Source: Tubulanus polymorphus (lineage: Eukaryota > Animalia > Nemertea). From it: a stretch of DNA of 64,000 nt. This document shows, in pieces, positions 13,816-24,790 of the stretch. Under the pieces are notes generated by a model. The model saw nothing but the letters and a program-made list of their open reading frames with translations, searched no databases and had not been told where the DNA came from. How positions within the stretch are numbered: the stretch's first letter is position 1; the number at the start of each line of letters is the position of its first letter. A program made the position numbers and the translations under genes. The stretch is taken from NCBI RefSeq assembly GCF_964204645.1, contig NC_134034.1, positions 13,715,062 through 13,779,061 on the forward strand. The letters run 5' to 3'.

Positions 13816-16474
13816 CGACGTAAGAGTAGCTCGAATCTAGTCGTTTGAATCAACAGGATTTGAAATTCACAACGACTATTGTTTAAAAAGGCTATCAACA
13901 ATCATATATCATCTATCACCCCCGTATAATTGCCTCAATAAGGAGGCGGACGAGGACGATATCAATTTCCAGCATCAATTGTTGCATTCGTAGTAATCCT
14001 ATCTACGTCTTGTTTAGCTATACCAAGAACGTCCTTTATGAAAACAACGTAAATCGATATAGGCTCGTCGTGGATCTGTAAACAACATAAACACTGTGTC
14101 ACAGAGAAAGTGTTTCTTAACATCGTCGAATTCGCACCGTACAACAATAGAGAACAACAACACTATACCGCATCGTCACAGAACTCATTCTCAAACTCAT
14201 CTCTCACTGCGCGCTGTATAAATATTGTTTGAGAAAGAGGAATAATATCGATTGTCATCGTCGGACGACGGAAGTGACATCACGTAGGTTTATTTAGCGA
14301 ATTAGTTGGGAATTTCGAGATAAGTGATTTTCGCCACCTATAGACTCGGTCACGTACTCGGTTCGTAGTTCATCGCGGTGTCAGTTTCAATCAAGGTGGT
14401 CTCTCAATTCACGCTCGATTTCGTCTAATCTCTCGTTTTTTTTTCTGTTGCAAAGATTATCATTTCGCCTAAGCCTTTCGCTATTTATGATCCACGCCCC
14501 CGCCCCCCCCCCCGCGCCCCCGCTAACAAGTGAAAAGTAAATAATCATAATCATAAGCATAGTAAATCGGAATTGATAATTTGTGGAGATATATCAAACC
14601 GAGTTTTCAGCATTATATTTGTTTTGAAGATTTAAAGTTATTTATATGCAGAACTGTATGACAATATATACCTGTAAATATCTATTTTCTGTTTGTTCCT
14701 CACAAACCCACCAGGAGCGAAACAGGGGTTTAGGGGTCCATGGATTTGTCAGATTCAGAGTTGGTTGTGAAATTGGTCTATGGACCAATTTTACAGGATT
14801 GGGTCTTCGACTCTGCAACATCAGTTACACGGTTATGCGGGTTTGGTTTTTTACCCTGGATCTAGTTCCATATCCGCTGTGTATAAGGAGCGGTTTACAT
14901 GAAACACATCACCATATTGCATAAATGAAATACTGTTTATCAAAAACAATTTCCCGCAGATTTGAAATCGTCAAAATCTCTATAAAAGTAGATTTAAAAT
15001 CTGTCTAAAATTTGACAAAATGTTCACGTCGCACTAAAAGCGACGATTTTGAAATATCACGACCCGACTGGCCGGATCCCTATCTTAAGAACCAGATGCC
15101 AAACAATCGCAGTTTTCCCAAGCGCATAAACACGGTTTGGTGGACTCAGAAATATCATCTCCGCTCTGTGTAATCAGTGCAGATAGCGTGGCCCCGAGTC
15201 CATGACGTCATCGGACCCCGCCGCCTGATGGTAAGACAAGCGAACAAGATGGCGTTTTTCTCACCGGCCCGAACGAGAATGCCTCGAGTATATGAGATAA
15301 ACATGCAAGCTTGCACATGTTCGGCTCCCTTACTCGACAGAGAGACAGAGAGGCCTCTTTATCACGCGATTTTAACCGAAAGAATTAAACTCTTTAATGT
15401 CACCAATTTTGTGCATCCCCCATCGCGCCAATAAACGACGTCAATTCGAAGCTAATTGAAACAAAGAAAAAGTAATTCACACACAAAACAACTTTTTGAA
15501 TACATTCAAGGAAGGTTTCTGTAGCAATTTGATACATCTCAAAATTCTTCTTTTTTGTATTTGGATCGGAAGGAATTTGAATCAAAAGCTGGAAAAATTA
15601 GTCAGATACAGGAGAGCCCTCTCCAGGCATGTGCTCCACATTCTCAGAGCCCTACACTCACAGCCCCACAAACTCATAGCCCAACACTCTCAGGGCTCCA
15701 CACTCTCAGAGCTCCCTATTCAGAGCGCACTCCTCTCTCAGAACGCGCTTGTTACGTAGTGGTCATTTTGTGTTCTACCTGAACATAAACTCCTCATATC
15801 GTCATACCACCGCTATCGTCTGAAGTGATGGAATTAGAAGCATCCATTTGTTCGTCGATTAATGGCTCATTATTCAGCGGCATCAATTTATCGGTAGACG
15901 AAACGCGTACACGCGGCATATGTTTGTCATTGTCTATAGTTCACATGATTGTCTGTGTCCGTCACATTTTACTCAACGGTTTCTCGATTAACATGTAATT
16001 AAGAGGTAACCCCTGAACGCTTTTACATTACGTAGTTGTGCGGTATTAAGTATTCGATTACTAAAAATCTAAATAAGAAATTGGACAGTCTTATGAGGTT
16101 TGAAATAATTCTCAAAATACGGATGTTGAAAATGCTCATGCAGCTTATGAATAGTCAGCCTTTGATTGATTGGTTATGTTCATTTTGATCATTGCGACAT
16201 TTCTTATGACTTGTATGATGCATATCTTTAAATAGCCCCGTCACAAAAAACCAACAACGCATTCTGTGACTTCCCTCTCTCCATCTCACTCCACCACGGT
16301 TGATACAAACTTGGAGTAATCATCTTACTCCAAGCTACAGGCAAACCCTAAAATCTAACCCTTATAGAGATCATCATTTTTTATTATTCAACGAGTCCAT
16401 GGTGTGATCGGTCATTTTGGCTCGCCTAATTTCTGCATCAAATAAAAAATAGGATCATCCTATATTTTTGAAGT

Positions 16475-16714
16475 TTTTGTTATTTAATCACTTTAATCTT
16501 AATCCTTTAATCTTTATCCTTTGTCATATTCTTGTATGAATATCCTGTTATTTTCTTTTGTACTCAGTACGCCTGATGATGGTTAACAGTTGTTAGCCGA
16601 AACGTCGCTCCTCAAATATAATCATTCTGATATAGAATTTTTCAATCTCGGCTTCGTTATTGTGGGATTTCTCTCGTCATCATCATACACGGATATTGTG
16701 TATCTTCTCGTCTA
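16475..16714 (+). mobile_element. 240-bp hammerhead-bearing insertion (solo Penelope-like pLTR or retrozyme monomer)
   Basis: Flanked by the exact 11-bp direct repeat atttttgaagt (16464-16474 and 16715-16725); contains the hammerhead core; no ORF. Confidence 0.65.
16566..16612 (+). ncRNA. Minimal type I hammerhead ribozyme (Penelope/retrozyme type)
   Basis: CTGATGA (16573-16579), stem II ggttaac/gttagcc with agtt loop (16581-16598), GAAA (16599-16602), then CGTC: vestigial stem III and GUC cleavage triplet. Stem I is weak. Confidence 0.75.
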
Positions 16715-17410
16715 ATTTTTGAAGTGTTTTCCCTGTCAAATTAAATCTAATGAATTTTACGATAATCTGTCATTACGAGTGCTCTCTCAACTCAAAGCAT
16801 AAACCGATGATTCGCTTGAAACAAGCTGATACGATTAAAGTTCTACTGAAATCAAACGAGGAATTTCAAGTAACTAGTTTTCGTGTGGGCGATGATCGAT
16901 TCGTTTAAGAAAAAAAAGCTCCGATAATCGTCGATCGCTTTAAGACGAATATTTGCGCGAACGTTCGTCGCCAAACTCTGAGCCGAAGATTTACAAACGC
17001 GGAAACATCGGCGAAGTTTTTCTTAATCGCCGAAAACCTTTTGATACGGTTTTATGACTCCTCACGCGCCGTGCACCCGCTGCTCGAGAACTGCGACCGT
17101 TTCGTGGTATTTATGCCATCGGCGTTTCCTGATCGATTTCCTCGTCAAACAGACAGCGATAGAGAGAGACCTCGAGTCCATCAGCACTTATCGTCTTCAA
17201 ACTCAATTCGTGTCGCTTAATTACTTGAGTAAATGGCGCGCACCTGCAACGATACTCAAGACTGTAATTGAAACGCCGGTGACAACGCGTGCACGTGTTG
17301 TCGGAATCGAGAAGCGTCTTGAGAGTTGTTTGAGATTATTTCCGGATTCTTTCCTTCCGCGGCGGAAACTGGCGGAAACCAGCCAATATCCGAGGGTCAA
17401 CAAACCCATC

Positions 17411-17426
17411 AGAGACAGAGGCAGAG

Positions 17427-17458
<32 letters not shown>

Positions 17459-17690
17459 AGGGGCACGGGCAGAGGCAGAGGCAGAGGCAGAGGCAGAGGC
17501 AGAGGCAGAGGAGAGTCATAGGGTAGGCCCGAGAGGAGAGATGTGAGAGGGAGAAGAGGGCCCGAGAGAGAGGGGAGAGGTGAGAGGGAGAAGAGGGCCC
17601 GAGAGAGAGGGGAGAGGCATAGAGTGGGCCCGAGAGGGAGGGGAGAGGTGAGAGGGAGAGAGGTAGAGAGGTAGAGGGAGGCAGAGCCGG
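17411..17690. repeat. (AGAGGC)n microsatellite followed by polypurine repeat
   Basis: Direct inspection; source of the GR/QR/LP dipeptide ORFs. Confidence 0.92.
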
Positions 17691-20600
17691 TGAGCTAACA
17701 GTAGAAGATCTAAACATCTGTAACAGATTGCGACAATCACAACATTCCTGTCAGACGACTTGACACGACACGTGACCGGTCACGTGTCGTCAATCGAACG
17801 GTACTGCGAAGTATTTCACGGGGCGATCGTTCGAGCGAAGGACGGTTTGTTGGATCGGTTGTTATTTTGTCGGTCTGTTTTATCGGCAGTCGTCTGATAG
17901 AATGATCACCCGAAGCTATCACGTTTTCTTGTCAAATAATAATAATTGTTCAGGACGCGATCCTCGCTATAGCTCGTGTCTGTTTAGGGAGGGAATGTTT
18001 CAGAATATTGTAAACACCAAGATGTGTGGGGGCTCGAAGACACAATGCCTTATATGGATCTCGGATTTTGAATCTCGATTTCAACAGGATTCAGTTGAAC
18101 AATGGTGAAATAGCGTGAACACTCTTATGTGGAGAAGATTTTTTAAGTTTAAAACCCACTTCGTTTTAAAAATTCTTTTTTTAATATGTAAAGTTAAGTG
18201 AATTACTTGTCGGATAGATTAGAATGTATTCTATACTTCAATGAAAGGTAGAGAGGTTTGATTATACACAATAACTCATTAACGGTCATATTGGTTAACA
18301 TTGAACTTCAACGGCTCGAAAGTTCTCACAAACTTCACGTGGTCAAATTTGTTAGAGAATTTCCAAGCAGCCACTTAATGATTTAGCATTATCGTCCGTC
18401 GTTATAGTCCGTTCGTAATCTCTGGGAGAAGCCACCACAAAGCTACGACTTAGGGCGAGAAGATTACAGTATGGCGTATTTAACAATGGAACTTAATCCA
18501 CGACAAAAGCTGTCTCTGGCAAGTGGATTTGGGCGTGAATGGGGCCCATCGGTTTGTGGCTTGGCAAAACCTCTTAATGACTATACGACGGTAGATATTC
18601 GACACGACCTGTCGGAGACCTCAAAGTATGAGGTGTTCTCCCCGGACACAAGCAGCAAACACACTTTTGACCCAGTCAGAAAATCAACGGAACGGAAATC
18701 ACGGGGTTTACGGAATCGCTTACTTCATTCGAGTTAGGACCCTATTCCTTTAACCTGCATTTTATTCCGCTCATCGTTAGGGGGTATATTCGACCTCAAA
18801 TGCCGTACAAAGGAATTCTTATTCGAGTGTAAGGTACCCTCAGTATCTACAGTACCTTTCAGCTTTCAAAATGGCGGCTGACCTGTCTGAAGCAAACTGC
18901 ACGAAAACATTTGATAATACAATTCACATTTATTACCTAATTGAACCCTAAAAAACCTGATTCTGGGTTCAAGGTTTAGTATAATAATAATCATTGTGAC
19001 AAGTCCCGGTTATACAAACTACATTTAAAGGGAAGGACATATTTTTTTTTCGCCTTGTCACGTTTCATTTTTCAAACGCGCGCCTGCCCGAATATCGATC
19101 CATTTCTAAGAGGACTCATCGCCTATTTACACAAAGGTGTTAACTTACCACCACGACGCGCGTCGCGAATCCGCTTCAAACATCCAGGTGTCGGGGCCCG
19201 GGTTCCGCCGCGCGAAAACTCCATTTCAATGAAAGCAAAACAAAACAACGCGTTCAGAAAATAGGAAAATAAAACCTGAACGCAAATTTCGACGATACCG
19301 CGTGAGAACCGTGTGAACGATTTCAATTTTCCGAGATTCTCAGCGCGAATGAGGGACGCGATGATATTTGATTTGTAATAACCCACGGTCGTGCCCTTTT
19401 CGGACAAAGACAGCATTTTTGTTCTTATTTCCGATGATTTTTTTTCGCGACGTTTTCATTTACGGAAATATCAGGGGTTGATCCAGAGAGAGTCCAAGTA
19501 CAAGTCCATCAAGACGCGACGAGTTCTTCAAAATTGGCCCCCGAATAAGACAAACAACGAAGGCCAAAAAATTCTTTACCATTTTCTATTTTTGTGTTTG
19601 TTTCAAAATTATGTCAATTAAGTAATTCTTTTGAATAATGGAAATCATGGTAAAGTTCGAAGTCGTAGTGCAAAGAAAAATGAGAAATAGGGTATCATCA
19701 TTTTGCCCTGGTTACAACGAACTAATTAGCCTTATAACGTATATTGCGCTTTTTCATCAAAAGATAAATTCTTCGAAAATATTTTCCAAATTTTCATCGC
19801 GCGTTGTTCTTCATTCTGACGCATTGTATAAAGCCCGGTAGTGATATTCTGGTAATGGAACCTGTTTTAACCTGGCTTCGTTCCTTCCTCTTTATCCGCC
19901 GGGTTGTTGATTTCTGTGACCTTCGGGTCAACGCATCGCGGCTCACGCCCGTTTTCGTGAAATAGCGATTCAAAGCAAATACGCTTTTTAACAAAAAAAC
20001 CCCGATCTCTCTCGCTGCACTCACTGCGCGCGCGCTGTGTTTTGATTGTACAATGCACAAACTGATCCGACCTCCTCCATACGGCTCTAGCGCGCCATAT
20101 AGCTTTTTACGTTGTTACGTTACGCGCCGTTCTTTAACGTAAAAAACAACGTCACCGGTCCGCGCACGTGCGATACGTTTTGTATATTCTAAATCGACGT
20201 TACGGCTTACGTTCTTCGTTATATAAATATTTGTTTTACGCGACACGACCGGCTCTGGGCCCGGTGACGCAGAACACGGTGCGTTTAATTCAGATGAAAT
20301 GGTTTTAAATGGCTGAGTTTTTTTCCAAAGCTGTACAGAATTTTTGCAAATACGAATATGCATAAAACGATACGTAGCCTTATTCTTGTAATTTTTTGCA
20401 TCTCGAAATAGGGATCATCCTCCCATCTTTTCATTTGTTAATTCATCTAATTTGGTGCCCCCGACCATGGAGTAATCATTTAACCTCCAAGCCCCGACAA
20501 ACCCACTACACCTGCCGATAATGAAACGGGAGGGGGAGGGGGGATTTTGAAATCGTAAATCGAGGTACAGATATAGTTGTGCGAGCAGCGGTCGAATTTT

Positions 20601-21755
20601 ACATCATTTTTGTTTAGGTACATAGGGTGGAAATGACTGTTTCGCGTTTCGTTCCCGGCAGGTGTGGTGGTTATATAAGAGAAACACAAAATAAGCATAA
20701 ATCAATCGAATGAATAGAGGGAAAATCATCCGCCATATTTCGAAATAGTACCATCGTGCAAGATGAATGAAATTGAATTGCAGGATATCGACAAATTGAA
20801 ATAGAGCATCGACACACGTCAGGTCAGATGCATGAAATAATTCTTCAAAAACGTATAATGATATAATGAATATTTCTGTCGAGTGCTTACGAATTGGAAT
20901 ACTGACGCGTGTGAGTGAAAGCTCGAATGGTAAATATCTCGAGTTGTTCAACACGATTGAATTCATCTGCCCTATGTCACGTATTAGGTATCGCTCTTGT
21001 GCTCTCTGACCCAGGTGAAACTGGCCCTTCAACGAAGGCCGATAAAAGCCTCCTCGACCGAGAGTACCTTTGTTTACTCCTATTTCAAAATTTTCAGATG
21101 TAAAATAGTACAAACCACTGAGCTGTTGTATACATCGAAAACTATTTTGTGTAATTGGAATATTCGAGGGAGATGCCACGTGTAATTTTTGTCATCTTTG
21201 ATTATTCCTTCAAAGATAAGTTAGGATAATTAATTTATCTCCTATTATTTCCACGGTATGTACAGGGAAAATAATTTTGTTAACAAATAAATGCAAAAAT
21301 GGAAAATAAAGGCATCTAAAAAAATAAAACATGGTTATTTCTAGTATTCACAATACAGAAGGGTTTTTTATATGAACCGTTTGTTTATAAGTTTCACTAA
21401 TTAGAAATTTGAGTTGCTCTTTTGGCTTTAGTTAGTGTTAGGTTTGAAGATACTTGGTTCGATAGCGATTTCCAATGCGGTGTTCCTAGACCAAGATATA
21501 GAGCCAAGAAACAACGTAGAAGTCCAATTACGAAATTGAGATTTAATGAATCGTAGTGTAATGATTCAGAGAAGTGACCGCGGAACTGGCCGGAGATCGG
21601 ACGCGGGTCTCGTACGTAAGAATGCAAGCGCACTAACCAGAAAACCAATAGAACCAGACCATTAAGCCAGTAGTTATTCAACTTGTTGCTGATGGGTAAC
21701 ACTAGATCAAAGTTTTTCTTAATATGTTTGAATTTGGTTTCGCGAATTCGGTCAG

Positions 21756-21863
21756 GACCCGGTTTCACAAAAACGGTTAAATCTTTAAATATATTTAACT
21801 TCTATATCGATTCACTTTACCTTAAATCGAATTAGGAGTTCAAACGTTTTGTGAAACTGGGCC
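21756..21863. mobile_element. PIF/Harbinger-like MITE
   Basis: TIRs gacccggtttcacaaaa / ttttgtgaaactgggcc, TSD CAG on both sides. Confidence 0.8.
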
Positions 21864-21922
21864 CAGTGGGGAATAATCAAAAACTTAAGAAATCTTATGT
21901 ATGCCCAACACGAATACGATAA

Positions 21923-22661
21923 GATAAGATAAGATATTTATTTCACTCCAACCATAAGAATGGTACGTGGAGGCAAGATTGAATACAAAATATGGAATAT
22001 AAAAATTTACAAAACATGAACAGAATTATATACATATATACAAAACAAAATAGGAATTAACAAAATTTAATATCTAACTTTCAGTAATAAAACTATTTAC
22101 AAACAAAGCAAGTACAGAGATTGAATTATATACAGCAAGATATATCACACGTATATACACAATTCACTGGAGGGATTTGTATAAACTTAAACCTAACTGG
22201 ATAAATTTAGCTAATTGTGGGGTAGGATTCCTTAATATTTCCAAGTTTCTGGACATACTTAAATGGATGGAATTATCACGCAGATCACTTAGCAAAGTGC
22301 AGTCATAAATGAAGTGAAGCTCATCTCCTACGGTGTTACAGGCAGGGCACAGTCTTTCACTTCGGTCTATATGAGCGTTCGATCGATTATTTACCGGTAA
22401 TAAATAGGAACCAATTCTGAATTCGAATAAGCTATGCACAAGACTTCCGTCAAGTTGAGTTATATATTTTTCAAGCCTAACATCGTTCTTATATAGTTTG
22501 AAATTAACATACTGCTGATCGTCATTCACTTTTTGAAGCATTTCTTGTACGTGTTGGTCACGGAGGACTTGTTTCACGTACTTGGAGAGCGTTTTATAAT
22601 GTTCCGTGTATTGCTGTAACCATATGTAAGATAAGCCAATGTCGTCAAATATTTTCTTTAT
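21923..22661 (-). mobile_element. 5'-truncated LINE (RTE-X/L2-like ORF2 C-terminus plus 3' end)
   Basis: Open frame IKKIFDDIGLSYIWLQQ...LRDQHVQE...FRIGSYLLPV...ERLCPACNTVGDELHFIYDC (CCHC-type C-terminal motif). 3' UTR with stem-loop, AATAAA and (TATCT)n tail. 9-bp TSD atacgataa at 21914-21922 and 22662-22670. Confidence 0.88.
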
Positions 22662-23310
22662 ATACGATAAATGCTAATCGTAGCGCCAACTTGTTTTACA
22701 AAGTGGAACTAACCGTTCGACTCGCGTCGCCACCTCGCGGATAATTCCCGAACTATTCAATTCGTAAGCACTCGACAGAAATATCCATTATATCACTATA
22801 CGTTTTTGAAGAATTATTTCACGCATCTGACCTGAAGTATGTCGATATCTCTTAAACTTTCTTACAATCGATTCTGATTCGATAATTCTTTGGAAATTTG
22901 CGCGCATGTAAAGCAAGCCGCGGTGACGACGGTTTTTTCGTTTCGAATTTTCAAATGTAACGGGTTTAGACGGTTCAAACCGCTTGTTTCAAATCGCAAA
23001 TGATATTGACATTAAACAAGAGAAAAATCGATACAATCACCTGTCAAAATATGGATTTATCTAAAACTCTTTAGCCATCAGCTGTTAGTTCAAAATCATC
23101 ACCTTGAGTGAAGTGTGTTTGCAGATGACAAATGTAATCACTCAGACTAACGATTGTATATATTTTGTGAAATATTAGGGGGAGCGCGGGGGGGGGGAGC
23201 GAAAGGGGGAGAAATGATAGATACTTTAACACCGATACGACACTGGTCAGTGTAACTCCTGACTCACCAGTGCTCTATCGAATATAAATGAGAATTTTAA
23301 TTTTAATAAA

Positions 23311-23362
23311 TTTCGAACTTGAGACCTGGTGGTTCTCCACTCGACCAACTGAGCTAACTGCA
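23311..23362 (-). mobile_element. tRNA-derived Pol III head (SINE remnant or tRNA pseudogene)
   Basis: Minus strand gttagctcagttggtcgagtgg...caagttcgaaa: A box TAGCTCAGTTGG and B box GTTCGAAA, but no complete cloverleaf. Confidence 0.5.
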
Positions 23363-23777
23363 CAGGACATCGTAGCTCTCAAAATATATTCGCTATATAA
23401 TCTATTATTCAACGATTAAGTTTTTACCTGTGGTGATTTTGCTGTGGTATTATAGAAGTGTCAATAAATCAACACAATTTGAGGTCAGTTTTAGTTTATT
23501 GCAAGTTATAAAATCATTGCACAGGGCAAAAACATTACGATAAAGTCCAATAAAGTGGAATAGTTGTATCGAGATCCGATCAGTGATTGAATAAACAGAA
23601 ACAATACAACAGTCATTTATGGTGCTATATCATTTTAGTAAACGATTTGATACTTTTTTTCTAATGAATATCGCGCCAAATTGAGCAAAGTTTTACCTGT
23701 CGACCAGAAACGCTTATGTAGACAGGTTTCATCGGGATTTTGCCAGAAGTATCTCTAGGTATGAATTAGTTTCTCTG

Positions 23778-23885
23778 GGTCCAGTTCCACAGTTCCGAGT
23801 TAAGATTTAACTCTGAGTTAAATCACTGAAAATGAACTAACTTTAACTCAGAGTTAACTCTAACTCACAACTGTGGAACTGGGTC
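23778..23885. mobile_element. PIF/Harbinger-like MITE
   Basis: Long hairpin, TIRs ggtccagttccacagtt / aactgtggaactgggtc, TSD CTG on both sides. Confidence 0.82.
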
Positions 23886-24322
23886 CTGGTTATGAAAAAC
23901 GGGACGCACATATACTAAAAGAAAATGCAATTGAGAGCGATTACGTATCCACGTATAGCTCGTTCACACGGCATACTCTCTGAAGTGGGCAAGGCTTGTG
24001 TTGGTGTAATGGTCATTAGAACGGGTGTCTGAAGCCATCTGCTATACCGTCACGTTTTTCATCTGTTGCAAAGTGCTTTTTGATTCCATTGATTTTTACT
24101 TTAGGTTAAATAAGCTACACGTAGTTGTTATAGTGAAACAGACAGGTGCGCGCTCTCCAGTACCTTCCTATAATTTATTACGAATCGACATCTATAACGA
24201 CGATTATTATATATAAAACTCGGGGAGCTCTTGATATTTTGCTGGATTATTAGTCGAGATGAGTGGTTAGAGTACGAGAAAGAGAGAGATTTTTAATGAA
24301 AGCTACCAGAAGTTAGAAGGAG

Positions 24323-24790
24323 ATGCTACCAGTGCGACAGGTTCACCGTATTAAACCGATTATTGTAAATGCTTTTTGGGACCTCTTTAAAAGATCTCTT
24401 CTAAGTTCGAGCCAGGGATTAGCCCTGTGTTCTTCTGAATACATATCTGTAGTCTGTCGATACATTGGTATGATAATTTTTTGGAGAGTGCCGGAGCAGT
24501 TTAGAAAACCAATCCGCACCAAGATTTTTCCAAGGTGATTGGCACAAATTAGCGTAGGCCTATAGATGGATGACCGTTTCAGCAAGAAGCTCGATGTCTT
24601 TTCTGAAATCTTCACTGAAAGCCTTTCTGTGAAGTGATTCTCGTAACCGACGAAAAAGAAGGCACTCACTTGGAAAATTGGACTCCATGCTATCATTGAC
24701 TCAGGGACTGTTTTTCCGGCCCCACATTCGACTGAGCGCCGAGAAGGCCCGTATTATAAAGATGCTACTTCTATCCGATGTGAATAGCTT
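24323..24790 (+). pseudogene. Highly decayed LINE (possibly RTE-clade) RT C-terminal remnant
   Basis: In-order fragments YIGMII (YLGS-like), IRTKI, KKLDVF, VK*, LTW in a stop-interrupted frame. Weak, by eye. Confidence 0.3.

Noticed and set aside
17054-17740. RG-, QR-, LP- and LC-rich ORFs
   Set aside because: Translations of the (AGAGGC)n microsatellite and the polypurine tract.
23311-23362. Functional tRNA gene
   Set aside because: A and B boxes are present but the anticodon and acceptor stems cannot be formed.
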